From Chiloscyllium plagiosum (taxonomy: Eukaryota): 64,000 nt of DNA. The notes under the pieces were generated by a model, which saw only the letters and a list, made by a program, of their open reading frames with translations, ran no database searches and was not told the origin of the DNA. The stretch covers positions 47,650,166-47,714,165 of the forward strand of contig NC_057728.1 of NCBI RefSeq assembly GCF_004010195.1. Reading direction: 5' to 3'. Positions 63,325-64,000 of the stretch are shown piece after piece (position 1 is the stretch's first letter; every line of letters starts with the position of its first letter). The translations under genes were made by a program, and so were the position numbers.

Positions 63325-64000
63325 TAGAACATAGAACATTACAGCGCATTACAGGCACTTCAGGCCTCGATGTTGTGACGACCTGCCAAACCAATCTGAA
63401 GCCCACCCAACCTAAACGATTCCATTTTCAACCATATGTTTATCCAATGACCATTTAAATGCCCTTAAAGTTGGCAAGTCTACTACTGTTGCAGGCAGGG
63501 CATCCCTCACCCCCAAGACTCTCTGAGTAAAGAAACTACCTTGAACATCTGTCCTATATCTATCACCCCTTAATTTAAAGCTATGTCCTTTTGTGCTGTC
63601 TCTCACCATCCGAGCAAAAAGGCTCTCACTGTCCACCCTTTTCATCCCTCTGATTATCTTATATGTTTCAATTAAGTCACCTCTCAACCTTCTTCTCTAT
63701 GTAGAAATCAGCCTCAAATTCCTCAGCCTTTCTGTATAAGACCTTGCTCTTTCTGCATAAGACCTTCCCCCCATACCAGGCAACAGCCTAGTAAATCTCC
63801 TCTGAACCCTTTCCAAAGCTTCCACACCCTTCCTTTAATGTGGTGATCAGAACTGCATGCAATACACCAGAGTTTTGTACAGCTGCAACATGACCTCATG
63901 GCTCCAAAACTCAATCCCTCTACCAATAAAAGCCAATACAGCATATACCTTCTTAACAATCCTATCAACCTGGGTGGCAACTTTCAGGGATCTATGCACA
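63325..64000 (-). mobile_element. CR1 LINE 3' end (runs off the window)
   Basis: RGDLIETYKIIRG...GHSFKLRGDRYRTDVQGSFFTQRV; same subfamily as 33763-34420. Confidence 0.92.

Overview
Eukaryotic, AT-rich, repeat-dense vertebrate DNA. It is most likely an elasmobranch (shark), inferred from the V-SINE/HE1-type SINEs, CR1 LINEs, Penelope-like elements and the 5S sequence. Two spliced genes converge tail to tail. On + are the last 12 coding exons of ZFC3H1 (6370-16517; 1464 nt = 487 aa + stop; all GT-AG and phase-consistent). On - are the last 5 coding exons of LGR5 (59518-44559: LRR exons, hinge, and the large 7TM exon). This matches the LGR5-ZFC3H1 adjacency I recall from mammals. Nearly all supplied ORFs are spurious or are transposon fragments. 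Main observations: (1) at least four sequence-unrelated Penelope-like families carry minimal hammerhead-ribozyme motifs with covarying stems and a palindromic helix III, many as tiny TSD-flanked fold-back inserts with a ribozyme on each strand; (2) an intact 5S rRNA gene lies between two ~95% identical CR1 3' ends (1669-bp period) inside an LGR5 intron, next to an N gap; (3) the LGR5 stop codon looks like the product of a small frameshift, with the C-terminal motif still visible out of frame; (4) ZFC3H1 has a candidate 3'UTR intron. All calls come from manual reading and recalled homology; no searches were run.
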